Positions 11,071 through 24,386 of a stretch of DNA of 34,318 nt are shown here, in pieces. Under the pieces are notes generated by a model, which was given only the letters and a program-made list of their open reading frames with translations, had not been told where the DNA came from and ran no database searches. Made by a program: the position numbers and the translations under genes. Within the stretch, counting starts at the first letter, position 1. Each line of letters begins with the position of its first letter. Location of the stretch: assembly GCF_000150275.1 (NCBI RefSeq), contig NW_002060943.1, positions 12,494,794 to 12,529,111 on the forward strand, in the 5' to 3' direction. The stretch is from Trichoplax adhaerens (Eukaryota; Animalia; Placozoa).

Positions 11071-12099
11071 AGTTCTTCAAATAAAATCTTCTTCTACTCT
11101 CTCTCTAAATTTTCTAATTGCACTATCATTTATAGGCTTCGTAGAGCCGTCAGATATCTCTTATGCATAGGCAAGTAATAAACGGAGAAGAAAGAGTCAC
11201 TGGATAGGCTTTGTATGTAAGCCTCCAAATTTATATTAATTTAAATTACTGATCTAGCACCGTTAGGTGCTGATCTTTTGCAATAACTAAACTACTTTAA
11301 AAAAACTTGAATAATCTATGACAGTACCGGTATAAATCTTACTGTATATTGTGGGAGGAACTCAATTTTATTAACAAGAAACAAATTTACGGTACCGTAT
11401 GATCAAGCTGATTTATTAAATCTAAAATTTATCGATGTTTGCAATCGATTTAGGTGTTAGTCGTATGATATCATTAGCGTAGATGGCCAAATGACTGACG
11501 ATGGTTGTATCTATAGAATCTGTATGGTCTAACATATACAGTATGTTTAAAATCGTAAATACTTCTACCTAATAAGTAACATGCAATGTTCTGTAATCAA
11601 AGGATCAAAGTCAAAGATTAAACTTTAAATAGTGTTTTATTAATCGTAAATCATTTAAAGTGTAGCAGCTTTAATTTAAAGAGTAAGAGTATTATAAAAC
11701 TTCTAATGCAGTAGTATAGTTGCCATTACATGACGACGAATTCTATAAACGCGTAAATATATACTTATGGATACACATATTTTTGATTATGACATTACAG
11801 TCAAAGTAAAATACTTAATCTGAACATGATATTAGTTTGTAGCTTCATTCCGGATACTATACAATCTAAATTAAATTTGGTCTACTGGATATGCTGCAAC
11901 ATGATTAGCTGTAAATGATCAAGTATGTATCTATTATTAATAAAACGCACGATGTACGATGCTATTAAGCTACAATGCTATGGAAAGTAATTACTTTGTC
12001 ATGCATCCACAAGATGGGCGCATCACATTACATTCGCAATTCAGCAGACATCATTAACTGTATCAGCTGCATATTTTAAGTTTAGAGTAGATTTACTAC

Positions 12100-13326
12100 T
12101 TACTCTTCATCAGATTCCCTTTTTCTTTCTGCTTTATTACTGCCAGCTGCTTCGTTGCATAACTTCTTGCATGTAGAGTTGCAAACTTGGCCGCACTGAA
12201 ATTTTTTCAAGCTTTCTTTAAATTCTTCAATTTGATCTTCCTCAACGTTGATATAGTCTTCACTTTGACGTTCATTACCTTCAGCATCAATGATTGTTGT
12301 GACGGTATGTTTCTGATCGCCGATAGTTTGTGTAATGACAGTTTTACTCTCACCATTTTGCTTCTTAAAAGACGACTTGTAATAAGCGTATTTATCTTTA
12401 CCATTACTTTGAGTTCTACTTTCCGTATGAGATCTTGATGTAACGATATCTTGTGGGCGGTTAGCTAATGATGAATTATCGTCGCTGGTTCGGTAGCATT
12501 CCTCAGGACAGGCTGAATAATCGTCCGATGTTGCTTCTCCAAATATATCAGCAAAGGTATACCATGGCCTGTCATTCAGCAATGAAAACCATGGGGCAAT
12601 AACTTTCCTAGCGGTGGATTTTTTACTTTTACCGGTTTTACTTGTATTCTCTCCTGATGATGGCTTGCTCAAATTTGGCTCTTTGGCTGTCTCATCCTCT
12701 TTCTTGGATGCAGATTGCGATTGGCTCGACTTTTCCGTTGTACAACATTCCTTGGATGCTGCTTCCTTACAAGTTGCATTACACTGTTTTGGAGCGGATC
12801 GTTGTCTTTCGGAAGGTAACAATCCGACAATTTTGTATTGACAAGGATGGTCATAATTACTAAACAAATCATCATAGGCATCAAACCATGGATTAGAAGC
12901 CAGTGGAAGAGGGGAGTAATGGCTGCTTGAATAGCTAAAATAAAAATGCAGGAAATAAGATTGATACATTTACATGTAGTACTCACTTTGATGGTTAAAT
13001 TATGATTTCAACGTAATACTGAAGCTCGTCAATACTGAATGCGCCGAAATCGATACATGTCTCTCCATTCGACAATCTGCTTTTCTTGGATCAAGACTGA
13101 GATTTGGTTACTACTTTGATTGCTAATGCATACTTTAAGTCGATTTTGCTAACCACTGCTGTAGTATAATGATTGGCAACGATCACAGCAATTCTTTTAT
13201 TATTGTTGGAAAGTGCAGTCTTTGCTCTACGTCATGCAGACGAACTTTTATAAAGTGCATATGGATTGCTTACCAGTATGGTGATTGATAGTAGCTATTT
13301 CTTGGGTAAACGATAGTATATGCCAT
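12100..13326 (-). CDS. MLF (myeloid leukemia factor)/HAX1-like protein, paralogue A; 2 coding exons (13326-13274, 12934-12100)
   Basis: Exon 1 MAYTIVYPRNSYYQSPY ends at GTAAGC and joins in phase at ttttag|CTAT. The C-terminal TVITQTIGDQKHTVTTIIDAEGNERQSEDYINVEEDQIEEF resembles the MLF/HAX1 C-terminal motif (IGDxxHxxxxxxxxxGxExxxxDxxNxxExxxxxF). Confidence 0.7.
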
Positions 13327-13440
13327 TTTGAATGTACTAATCGTTAATTGTAGTGTGAATTGGAGCTTGGTGTATGTCTTTGCAGTGTTTGAAAACGTTT
13401 GCGAATTGGATTTCTGAATCCGATCGATCGGGATTTGCCA

Positions 13441-13681
13441 ATATTTATAGGCTTTGAAACTGCAATCTAGTCGCTTCTAGAATATACAATTGGCAAGATT
13501 ATCATGAGTAATGCCATCGCTTCCATGTTTTTCATTAATGATGAAGCTGATTTGCTTATATACGGGCCAGAATTGGCGTAATTAGCATGAGTAATGCCGA
13601 TTGCTTCCATATTTATCCTTGATGATGGAGCTGATTTGTTTTTATATGGGCAGAAGCTTCCAGTCAATTCTAGAGGATTTG
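13441..13681. promoter_or_regulatory. Candidate heat-shock promoter: TATA box on the minus strand (ctataaatat, 13441-13450) with HSE-like pentamer arrays
   Basis: cTTCt-aGAAt-aTACa lies at ~13475-13489, ~25 nt upstream of the TATA. A phased six-pentamer run aGAAg-cTTCc-aGTCa-aTTCt-aGAGg-aTTTg lies at 13652-13681. Confidence 0.5.
13503..13660. repeat. Imperfect tandem duplication of ~83 bp in the intergenic promoter
   Basis: catgagtaatgcc...gcttccat...gatga.g.agctgatttg...tata..ggg occurs twice, at ~13503 and ~13586. Confidence 0.85.
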
Positions 13682-14258
13682 TTCGGTAGACGCCCCCTTT
13701 TAGTTTTGTAGTGTAATTAGACAGGGTGACATATATTTTGCTGCAAACGTCTGATAGTAAGGTAAGGTTTAGAGAGTAGATTATAGTAAAACCACATAAA
13801 GTAGTTGTCGTAACTGGCCCATAGTATCTTGTAAAATCGTTGAAGAATCAAATTGATATCACCTATACCGGTGGCGTCATGCGGTCCGTCTGGTCCAGGC
13901 CAAGTATACGTGTAATGGTATACTGTATGCTGTTTCAGGACGGTATAGGATTACTATAGAACTCCTATTACACGTGATCGGTCATACTGTCTATAGTACT
14001 GTAATCACTGACCCTGTAATCTACAGTATTGCAGAACCAGGAGAAGTGTCACTATCCGTCCGGCTGCTGGCCGCTCGAATGGCCGAGATTGATCTGGAAA
14101 GCAAAATGGAAAATGTATAAGTAGGGGGCCAGCTTTGGCCCATTTGAGTCAGATTTATTTCATAATCGTTCCGCTGACCTAAGCGATCCATAGTTTAAGC
14201 CAGTTGGCTATTTTCTGGTTATCTCTTTTACTGCAGCTTCCGTTTGCAATTCAGAGCA

Positions 14259-15481
14259 ATGGCTTTCACATTCTATTTTCCAGTAGAATCTGCTTCCGAT
14301 AGAAGAAATGTCTACTGTCAATCACCTTGGTGGTAAGTTGATAGAATGCTAATAAGACATTTGACGAATGCTTCTTCTATAGAAATAGGCATCAGTGTAG
14401 TTGTTGCACGTATACTCTATAAGTATCGATATGATTCATCGATAAAGAATCTGTAGTTGCAGATATATTCCTAGAAAATACGGTAGTATTATGAGCTATC
14501 TGCTGGTTTCCAATCGGATGACGCAATTAATATGCATAACCAAAAATGGATTTATGGTTATTTCTGTCATTTTATAGGGGTTCAGTAAGCCACAATTCTC
14601 CTCTTGCGCTCACTTCCGATCTATGGTCGAGTCCTTATGATGATTTCTTCGATAGCTTTCGTCGCCCTTATCGATACAGTATTGTTAAGCGCAAGTTAAA
14701 TCCCGCCAAGCGACAACAATCAGATACTGAACAGTATGTTGAAGATGCGGAAGAATCCGCTGCTGCTGATGAGAAATCGGGTCATAAAGAAGGGTCTAGC
14801 CCTTCGAAGGAAACATCATACAAGGAGGAAAATAGCGCAAAAAAATCACAACCAGCTACAAGTCAAGATGACCAACAAACCAAAAAGGCACGCATCGAGG
14901 AAAGATTGCCATCGTCTAAGCGGAATGCTGGTAAAAAAAGTAAAAATAAAAAATCGGCAATCGCTAGTAAATATCGTGGGTTGGGACCTTGGTTACCAAC
15001 GCTTGTGAGTAGACCATGGCACAACGTTGCTGATGTACTTGAAGATACGACCCCAGACAATATTTTTGGTTGGCATCATCAAAACGGTGAAAGCGATGAC
15101 GAAAGTTCATCATCGGATAGCAATGCAAAAGATTTTGTAACATCTAAATCCTATATGGAAAGTAGAACTCAAAAGAATGGCAAAGATAAATACACCTATT
15201 ATAAATCCTCTTTTAAGAAACAAAATGGTGAGAATAAAACAGTGATTACCCAAAGTATCGGCGATCAGAAACATACTCTTACAACAATCGTTGATGCTGA
15301 AGGTAACGAACGTCGAAGTGAAGACTATGTTAACGTTGAAGAAGATAAAATTGAAGAATTTAAAGAAAGTTTGAAAAGATTACAGAATAGTGGATTGAGC
15401 GACGCTGCACCTAAAAAGCTTTGCAATGAACCCGCCAACAGCGATGAAGCAGAAAGTAGAAACGAATCTGTTCAACAGTAA
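14259..15481 (+). CDS. MLF/HAX1-like protein, paralogue B; 2 coding exons (14259-14332, 14578-15481)
   Basis: Exon 1 MAFTFYFPVESASDRRNVYCQSPW ends at TG|GTAAGT and joins in phase at ttatag|G. The C-terminal ~90 aa are nearly identical to paralogue A, and the intron position and phase are the same. Confidence 0.72.
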
Positions 15482-15991
15482 TTAACAGTGACCTTGTTTT
15501 AAACGTAATGTGTCGCGTAGTAAAATTCTATATTCATTATTTTGTACTTGGCAATGACCAAGTGATTGTCAGTAATATTTTATTAGCATATTATGTTATT
15601 TATACGATAGCAGCATACTTACTATATGTTCTTGGTGACATTAAGTTAGATAGCTTCGTTTATCCTTCTATCATAATGAGGACATTTGTGCTTTGTGCTA
15701 TGTATTCGTTAATACTTTCGTTCTGATAGTTTAGTAATATCCTGAATAATAGCACCAAATGCACTAACAATATCCAATCATGTAGAACCAGTTGCCATAT
15801 AATATCCATGCGACTTCTAAATTAGCATTTTGCTGTTTATTTATTATTTGTATTACACGTTCTTGTGTTGATATACAAGAATAAAGAAATCTTTTATTTG
15901 AGCTACAATTGCAAAGCGCAATGATTGCTTCAGTAAGTTTAGACTCTTGTTTTGCTAGCTGATGAGATAAGGGAATACTCAATTTTTAGTA

Positions 15992-17155
15992 GTGTATTTA
16001 AACTATACAGTATAGCATCGTACTTATGCTAGGAAGTGTACATACGTTGAAAGGTAATGTAGATATAAATTTTCTTTTTAATGTATCACTTTGTGCGGAT
16101 TATACTGCCGTTCATTTAAACGGGTAATTTACTAGTATTTATAACTCATTCATGTTCAGTGTTACTACGACAATGAGTGGGTATAAATGTAACTAGGAAT
16201 ATACTTTTCCCTACAATTTACTTTATTCTGCTATATAGCAGTATGTAGCTGTTTATACTTACATCTGCGTATTGTGTACCATAAGTCTTAAAATTAATGA
16301 AGCGCTAGTAATCCATCGATGTCGCTTTTAGATAAGTATTCGTCAGTGAGATTGATGCCATTCTATCCATTAAAAAACTGTGCCATGAAATTAGCGTCGT
16401 TGCTATACTCTTGGAAAAGACGATAATCCTCTGACAATTATACCTATGATAAACGAATTCTGCAAGACAACTGCTATGAGATCTAGGGATCACTGATCCA
16501 ATTGATGGCGAAGTTCTGTAGAATTCATGAACTAATTTCATCAAGAAATTTTAAGTCAACTTTGAGTACGTGTATTTATACTATACTGTATAGTATTGCA
16601 CTTATGTTAGGAAGCGTATATATTAAGATAATCTAGATATGAATTTTCTTTTTATGTGTCGCTTTGTGCAGATTATGTTCCCGTTCATTTAAACGGGTAA
16701 TTTACTAGTATCTACAACTGATCCATTTCAATGTTTCTATAACAGCAGATGGGTATAAATATGTATAAATGTATACTGAGAATATGCTTTTCCCTGCACT
16801 TTATTTATTTCATTCTGCTATATGGCAGTAAGTAGCTGTTTGTACTTGTATTTGATGTATGAAATACTTAATCCTGAATTATGTCCCATAAGTCTTCAAT
16901 TAATGGATTGCTAGTAATCCATAGATATCGCTTTTAGATAAATATTAGTTGGTGGGATTGAAGCAATCCTACCCATCAAAACTGAGCCATGAAACTAGTG
17001 TTATTACTATACCCTTGGAAAAGATCATAATCCTCAGACAATTATACCTATAATAAACGAGTTCTCCAAGACTACTGGAAATGAGATCTTGGTATTATTG
17101 ATCCATTTGATGTTGATGTTCCGTAGAGTTAATGAGCTAATTTCATCAAGTAGTT
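15992..17155. repeat. Tandem duplication of a ~570-600-bp non-coding segment (copy A ~15992-16550, copy B ~16571-17155)
   Basis: Shared blocks include cttatg.taggaag, ccgttcatttaaacgggtaatttactagtat, cataagtctt, gctagtaatccat, gccatgaaa and cttggaaaaga. Confidence 0.92.
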
Positions 17156-18260
17156 CCACACTAATCACTTATTTTATAAATGCTCATGATGAACGAATTC
17201 TCCAAGACAACAGGAAATGACATCTTAATGTCATTGATCCATTTGATGGTGATATTTTGTAGAATGAATCAATTAATTTCAAGAAGAAATTCCTTACCAA
17301 TTACTTATTCTACAAACGCTTATGATAAATGAATCCTTCAAGACAACCGGAAATGACATCTTGAGATCATTAATCCATTTGATAGTAATATTCCATAGAA
17401 TGAATGAACTAACTCCATGAAGAAATCTCGTACTAATTACTTATTCTACATACGCTTATGATAAAACGAATCCTTCTAGACAACTGGGAATGACATTTTC
17501 ATATCATTGATCTAATTCGTGGTGCTGCTTTAGAGAATTAATGCAGTAATTTTAGGAAGAAATTCCATACCAATTACTTATTCTACAAATGCCTATGATA
17601 AACGAATCCTTCAAGACAACTGAGAAAGATATTTTAATATCATTAATCCAATTCGTGGTGCTGTTCTAGAGAATTAATGAAGTAATTTCATGAAGAAATT
17701 CCGTGCTGATTACTTGTTCTACAAACGCTTATGATAAACGAATCCTTCAAGACAACTGAGAATGACATTTTAATATCATTAATCCAGTTCTTGGTGCTGT
17801 TCTAGAGAATTGATGAAGTAATTTCATGAAGAAATTCCGTATTAATTACTTGTTGTACAAACGCTTATGATAAACGAATGCTTCTAGACAACTGAGAATG
17901 ACATTTTAATATCATTAATCCAGTTCTTGGTGCTGTTCTAGAGAATTCAGTGAAGTGATTTCATAAAGAAATTCCGTACTAATTACTTGTTCTACAAACG
18001 CTTATGATAAACGAATGCTACTAGACAACTGAGAATGACATTTTAATATCATTAATCCAGTTCTTGGTGCTGTTCTAGAGAATTAATGAAGTAATCTCAT
18101 AAAGAAATTCCGTACTGATTACTTGTTCTACAAACGCTTATGATAAACGAATGCTTCTAGACAACTGAGAATGACATTTTAATATCATTAATCCAGTTCT
18201 TGGTGCTGTTCTAGAGAATTCAGTGAAGTAATTTTAGGAAGAAATTTCATACTAATTATT
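17045..18260. repeat. Tandem array of ~9 units of 136-137 bp (minisatellite), non-coding
   Basis: An atgataaacgaat-type start occurs at 17050, 17186, 17322, 17458, 17595, 17731, 17867, 18004 and 18140. The unit length is mostly not a multiple of 3. Confidence 0.96.
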
Positions 18261-18798
18261 CTACCAAGGCTCAGCCTGCAGGCTTTTGCCATCCAATATT
18301 GTGTTGCATAATTGCATACTATAGAATAGTAGCTGTCCCATTTACTAGCGTTGAGATAAAGCTTTAGTAGAACACATCATCACGCAGTTTCCAATGCAGC
18401 AATCGTAGGGAATTACATAGGGCGTCTTTTGCGATCGGCTTGCAGTCAATTCAGCCACAGGTCAAAATAAACTGATTTTAGACTTGCGCTGAGTGAGTGT
18501 ATGAGTTACTATGGAGTAAGTTTGATGAATCATTCTGGCCTACAGTATGAATACTCAAAACAGTCATAGCGGCCATACTAAAAGTTGATAAAACCTCGAC
18601 GTTGCCTATAGAAATCGGTGGACGACCTCGATACTGTTGGACGTATGGCAGCCCCAAGTGATGCTATTTCAGCTGATGATTTATTGCAGCTAGTGGGCAT
18701 TAGTGTACCTACAGTCTCCATTTAGAATTCAACTGGATGGGAAATCAGTTATAACCTTATATTGCTGCAGGCTGTAAGGAACTTTAGAGGCATACAAC

Positions 18799-21700
18799 AT
18801 GGGAGATAGAGTTCGTCTTATTGAATATTATTTATTGGGTTTCCATCTAGCAAATCATGAAGCAAATCAGAAGGAAATCGAAGTGATGGTGCGAGCAAGT
18901 GGAAACCAAGGTAACCACAACAGATTAAAATGAAACGAATGGGAATCGTTGTAAATGTGATTAATAATTGTGACATGGAAGAAATGTTGATTTCTTGACG
19001 ATTGTCAGATAAAGCAGTTTGTGTATTGCATACGTTGAAATACTTGTAGACTGTAGTAAAGGTAGAGAGGATTGATATATCTGTTTTCAATCTTGTGAAT
19101 GTGGCTGCAGCCATAGCTCATGTTGCAAGCGCAAGCGATGACTGATCACATAATAACGTGATAGCATCTACAACGCATTTTCACTGATGATTTTGCCATA
19201 GTATAACCTCAGTCTTGCTTTAAGATCATTAATGATATACGTTCTCGATTTGTTGTTGTTCTTCCATTAGCGTTGCTTAGCATGCTAGAGAAATTGAGTG
19301 ATGGTGACTTTATCGGCGTGATAGATTTGGTTAACTCAGCCAATATACTAGGAGAAGATATTAGCAATGTCTTATTCTTGAAAGACGGTAATGACGTCAA
19401 TTCTTGATCACTTATTTAATGCACTGTACTCGTAGTATGACAGCTCTTTTCTGTCATTTCGATTTCTTTAGTTACGGCACAAGATCTCATCCAAGATAAA
19501 GTATCCTCCTATTTATCGTCAACTGTAGATGAAGATCAGTCGAATGATAGGTAATATCATATCGTAGACACTCACTCAACGATGTTTTATTAGCCTTACC
19601 TGATTGCGTTTTCATTTCTCGGTTACATGAGAGCAGGCACTTAATGATCCTTGTAGCTGGAGTTGCTTATTTGCAATGCTTCATGCAATGCAACTGGACT
19701 GGCCCTAGAATAGCTTCTGACGCATTGCCTAGAGTACAAGAACTAAATTCATGTGCTCAAAAATTGCTCAGCTGCGATGAAGAAGTAAGCTTTCAACACG
19801 ATACAAATCTTCAGGGCTTATTATACTATATATAGCTATTACTCATGGTCCAATTTTTCCTCTAGCCTCCTTACCCTTTGGCTGATTTCTACGGTCTCTT
19901 ATGGATCTCTCGATTATTATTATTTAATTGCCGAAATCAATTGAGCTGCCTAAAGGTAGTAACAAACTATTGTATCTCCAAAGGACGTTCGAGTTCAGAG
20001 TTTAAAATAGATATTTAAGTAATCAATTGATTTCATAAATCCTTCCTCGACTTATACATGGGTTGTATTGCATCGTCCATCTATATTACTGTTTGAATAA
20101 AAGAGTACTTTTATCTGTAGCACGTATTTTTATGTTTTTCAATAGACAGCTCCAATATGGTGCATAAGATGTCTTTATGCCCATCAGCAATTATTTAACG
20201 ATACCATTCCAGATCTCATGCAAGCGATTTTCGCACAGATTGACATAGGTAAGATCTTACGGTAACGGATTGATATTCTCGTAAAGACCTGATATACCAG
20301 ATATAGCATCAAGGTTTACGTTGAATGTAAATGACATACGCGTATTTTCATTCCTAGTTACCGAAGGTCTTTTGCAAGAGGAAGATTTTCCATCGTAAGG
20401 AAGCTGTACTTGTTCGATTTAATATCATTTTATTTCCTTAAAATAGGTTCATTTTCAATACTTCATTGTATCTAACAAATATGGCTTATGTAATATCATG
20501 ATTGATAGGCTACTTTGCTGTCAAGTCTACGTGGAATATTCTCACTTGAAACGGTGTTACCATGGTTATTTTGAAGCTAAGGTATATAACTAAAATAGAT
20601 ACTTTTAGATCTAGTACCACAAATCAGCAAGTTGAATTGATTAGACGATGTCTCACTCTTTTAGAAATTGCTTCGAAAAGCGGAGTCTGTGATCGGCTTA
20701 AAGTTGGAGCTAACAGGTATCAATTGCACGACAATTAATATTTCAGATTAATACCCTTATTAATGCGATAGCTAAAATCCTTTCGTCTTGGTATTAGGTC
20801 GATTAGGAAAACGTACTCGTTTTCAGGAAAAAGAGTTGGCTCAACTTACCGCTTCAATCAAGTACGAAACGTTGAAAGGTTTGTAACTGTATTTATAGGT
20901 AGAAAGTTATCATTGCTACGTAGCCTAGACCTGTATCATGCAGAATTTTTAAGTTAATGTGTCATTAGATTTTCGTTAGTCGTGTGCTTTCTTTTCTAAA
21001 TAGATAATCGGATAAGCATAGAAGAATTTTCGAAACTGGAAACTGCTGCCCTCCCAAAAGTATGACAGTACTCGCTTTTTACAACTACTTGAGTACATAA
21101 CGTTAAAGTAGCATTCAGAATGTTTTTCTAAGACTCTATAATTATTTGATCTGTTTTAATTCTGTAATTATATTTAGGATGTTGCATTGGATGATGATAC
21201 TGTAATGCATCGCATTCAATTTTCGGACAATCAAGGAGACATTCCTGTTTTATTGCCTATAGAGGAAATAGTAATACTAGCCAATGGGTATGCTCGCATA
21301 TCATAAGCGTTTTGCTTTGCTAGCATTGTGCTCAACTTATTATCATTGTACTATATCAATTAAAATAAGCAATGGCTCTACGAAGCACAGCGTAAAATTG
21401 ATTTCCTTCCTGCACGAATAATTATAGAATTGAAGTCTTGCAAATAACGCCTGACCATGAATTACTGAAGGAAGAAATTTTGGCTTATATTAATGTAAGG
21501 TTTCTTTGCATCTGCATTTCAGAACTTTTAAATTTTCATAATTGAAAATATCTATAACTTGTGACTTTTTCTAGTGCAATCTTATGTATCCTCAAGACTG
21601 GTCTATACAAATGATGAGCCTCATGATTCGTTCCAAAATAGAAAGTAAACATCACCGCACTGTGGAAAGATCAATGATGCAATTGCAAGCTTTAGTTGAT

Positions 21701-24386
21701 AATGTTAATGCTACACTACCACCTGTAAGGATACTTATCTTCGTTAATCAATTGTGTTACAGCAAAGGTTATGGATATGTTTTAAACTTTTACTTGTAAA
21801 ATTATTCAGGTTGCTCACAGATTGAAATTTGCTAATACTGTTAATTTTCCTCCTATTTGGATAATGCAGGTACACTTTGTAAACTAAATGACTTACCTCA
21901 CTAAATGATTTTATTACCAAAATAGTTAAATAATGTTTGATCTAGCTTGAATTAGCGAAAATTTTAACTGACCTCGGAGCAATTAAGAGTGCCTTGGAGG
22001 TATATGTTCGTCTAGAAATGTGGGAAGAGGTTATTATGTGCTATCACGCGATTGGTCAGCGAGATAAGGTAGGGATCAAACTATTGTTTATTTGCAATAT
22101 CAAATTAGTGTTATGAAATACTCAGTAGCATGTGCATGTAATATCAATTAGTAGGTCCATTATGTCTACAGTATTTACATTCTACGTATTTTGAAGTACT
22201 GTAAAACATCTAAGATCATATTCGTTTAAGTCTATTAGCATTGATAATGTAATTAGTAAGCTGTAAATGTATTAAACGCTGTAAATTATTCTTCCATAAA
22301 GGCAGAGCAGCTTACGAGAGAACGTCTTAAAATCCAAGAAACACCGACCTTGTGGTGCTTATTAGGGGATATTCGAAAGGTAGTTAAAAGTCTGTCCTCG
22401 CATTAAAAGTAGAAGTAATACCGAAAGAGTAATAATCTCTATACTAAAACTGTTTTGTGTAGGAAGCTGAGTTTTATGAACGGGCTTGGAAAGTTTCAAA
22501 GCATCGCAATGCCAGATCTCAGCGTTCTCTTGGATTTCTCTATTTGTATGCCGAAAAGGTAAATATCAATATCCGATACAATACACAATTTTAGAACTAC
22601 AGCAACTTCCAATATTTAATCATCTCTTTTTAATGTGATCAGTATGAAGAATGCATTGCATGTTTTAAGGAAACGCTAAAAGTTAACTCCATGCAGGTTA
22701 GTAAAGAGTGACTTAAACCTGAATGTTACCTAAAATATTTTTATGAATTATTTGGACAAATCAAATGAAAAGTAAACGTATACAAATTATTGGAAATAAT
22801 GTATTGGTCTTCAGGAACACGTCTGGTTCTCCTTGGGATGTGCTGCAATGAAAACAGAAGATTACCACCTTTCTGCTGAGGCTTATCGACAATGTGTTCG
22901 ATTGGATTCAGATGTAAATAGATTGCTAAAGCCCTTACTAATTTACTGTATGTAGCAAAACTTTGTCTTAACTAATTAAATCTTTCGATGGATGCCAGAA
23001 AGCTGAAGCTTGGTCCAATTTATCGACAGCTTACATCAAATCGAAGCAAAAGTAATCATTAGATAGCGATATCCTTGCGGACATGTTGAAATGATTTTTG
23101 ACTATTTCATTAATATCACAATTTTCAGGCATCGCGCATACCGAACTCTTCAAGAAGCGCTAAAGTGTAGCTTTGAGAACTGGAGAATTTGGGAAAATTA
23201 CTTGTTTGTATGCGTAGATATTGGCCAGTTTGAAGACGCAATTACAACTATTCACCGTCTTATGGATCTAAAAGAGAAATATATAGATGCTGAAATTCTT
23301 GATATTCTTGTTGAAGCTGTCATAACTGGAAAGGCTGATTCGCAAGGTGAATCTGGTAAGATGATAGCTTAATCGTAAGTTTCAGTCAGTATCGAATCGA
23401 ACTGTACGTTTTACTGTATTTTCTTTTTTTATGTCTCCATTGCAGCAGCGAAACAAAAACCCATATTGTTAAAACTGTTTGGCCGTGTTACTTCAAAGGT
23501 GCTGCAAAGAAATTCTATGAATTTAGCTTTCTTATCTAGTGAATGCGTAATAGTAGCCCTTCCCAGTCACTATTATCTTGCTTGTTCGTAATTCGTGTAA
23601 GTGTTTTAGTGACGAAAATATTCTTCGTTACAGATAACGAACAACGCAGCGGTGTGGTATAGTTATTCCAAACTCTATATGCAATCTGATTTGAAAGAAG
23701 ATTCTGATAAGGTTTTTACGTATCTGAAAGATAAGTTTGCTAACGTAATAATGCAAATAATGACTATTCTATGATGTGATCTATGTTGCAGCGAATTTCA
23801 TTACTTCAGAAATCTGTACGTGTTGCTAGCCAAAAACCTAAATGGGAAAGTAATTTGGAAGATATAAAATTAATTGCCTCGTATGCGAAGATGTTATCGG
23901 AAGGTTCATTAACTAAAATACATCTAAGTAATTTTTCTCATATTGCTAGTAAAGATCTGCTTGTTAAGATGTGTTACAAGCAGTAGAAGCACCCTTCGTT
24001 TCAGGATACGAATTCATTTTAACTTGTAAAGACCTACCCTATATATATATCTATCATAATTGATAAACCCAATGAATTCCATTTCATCTTACGTAGGCGC
24101 TTTAAGCATTGGAATGGACAAACGTGATGTGTCAGAATTAGTTCAGATATTATCATCGACAATATTATCCTTAAATAGTATAGTGAATAAAATTAAGGTA
24201 TGATCGGAGTACTATTTCTTACAATTTGACAAATTTTAGTAGTGCGTGTTAAAACTTTTTTTTCCGTTACAGCATCAAATTTCATATGTCAATACGGAGG
24301 TTGACAGCCAATTGGGGACAATTTGCTCAAATTTGGAGGAAAATATAAATAGTCTCAATAATTCTATCCAGACTATTCGTTCATGA
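18799..24386 (+). CDS. TTC27: Tetratricopeptide repeat protein 27 (TTC27/Emw1 family), ~27 coding exons
   Basis: GT-AG exons run from MGDRVRLIEYYLLGF (18799-18910) to ...IQTIRS* (24273-24386). Hallmark motifs are GVAYLQCFMQCNWTGP, ELTGRLGKRTRFQE, DVALDDDT, RTVERSMMQLQALVD, RLEMWEEVIMCY, ETPTLWCLLGD, AEAWSNLS, RTLQEALKCSFENWRIWENY and LFGRVTSK. Confidence 0.95.

Noticed and set aside
12935-14577. ORF-track start codons at 12969 and 14546
   Set aside because: Both lie inside introns. Homologous in-phase first exons exist at 13326 and 14259.
12187-15060. Small overlapping or antisense ORFs (12187, 12207, 12614, 12642, 12669, 13467, 14736, 14863)
   Set aside because: They are shadow frames of the MLF/HAX1-like genes or of the promoter duplication, with no recognisable motifs.
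17045-18260. CRISPR array, hammerhead retrozyme or tandem exon cassette
   Set aside because: There are no unique spacers or cas genes and no CUGANGA/GAAA core. The candidate 42-nt minus-strand exon has stops in all frames.
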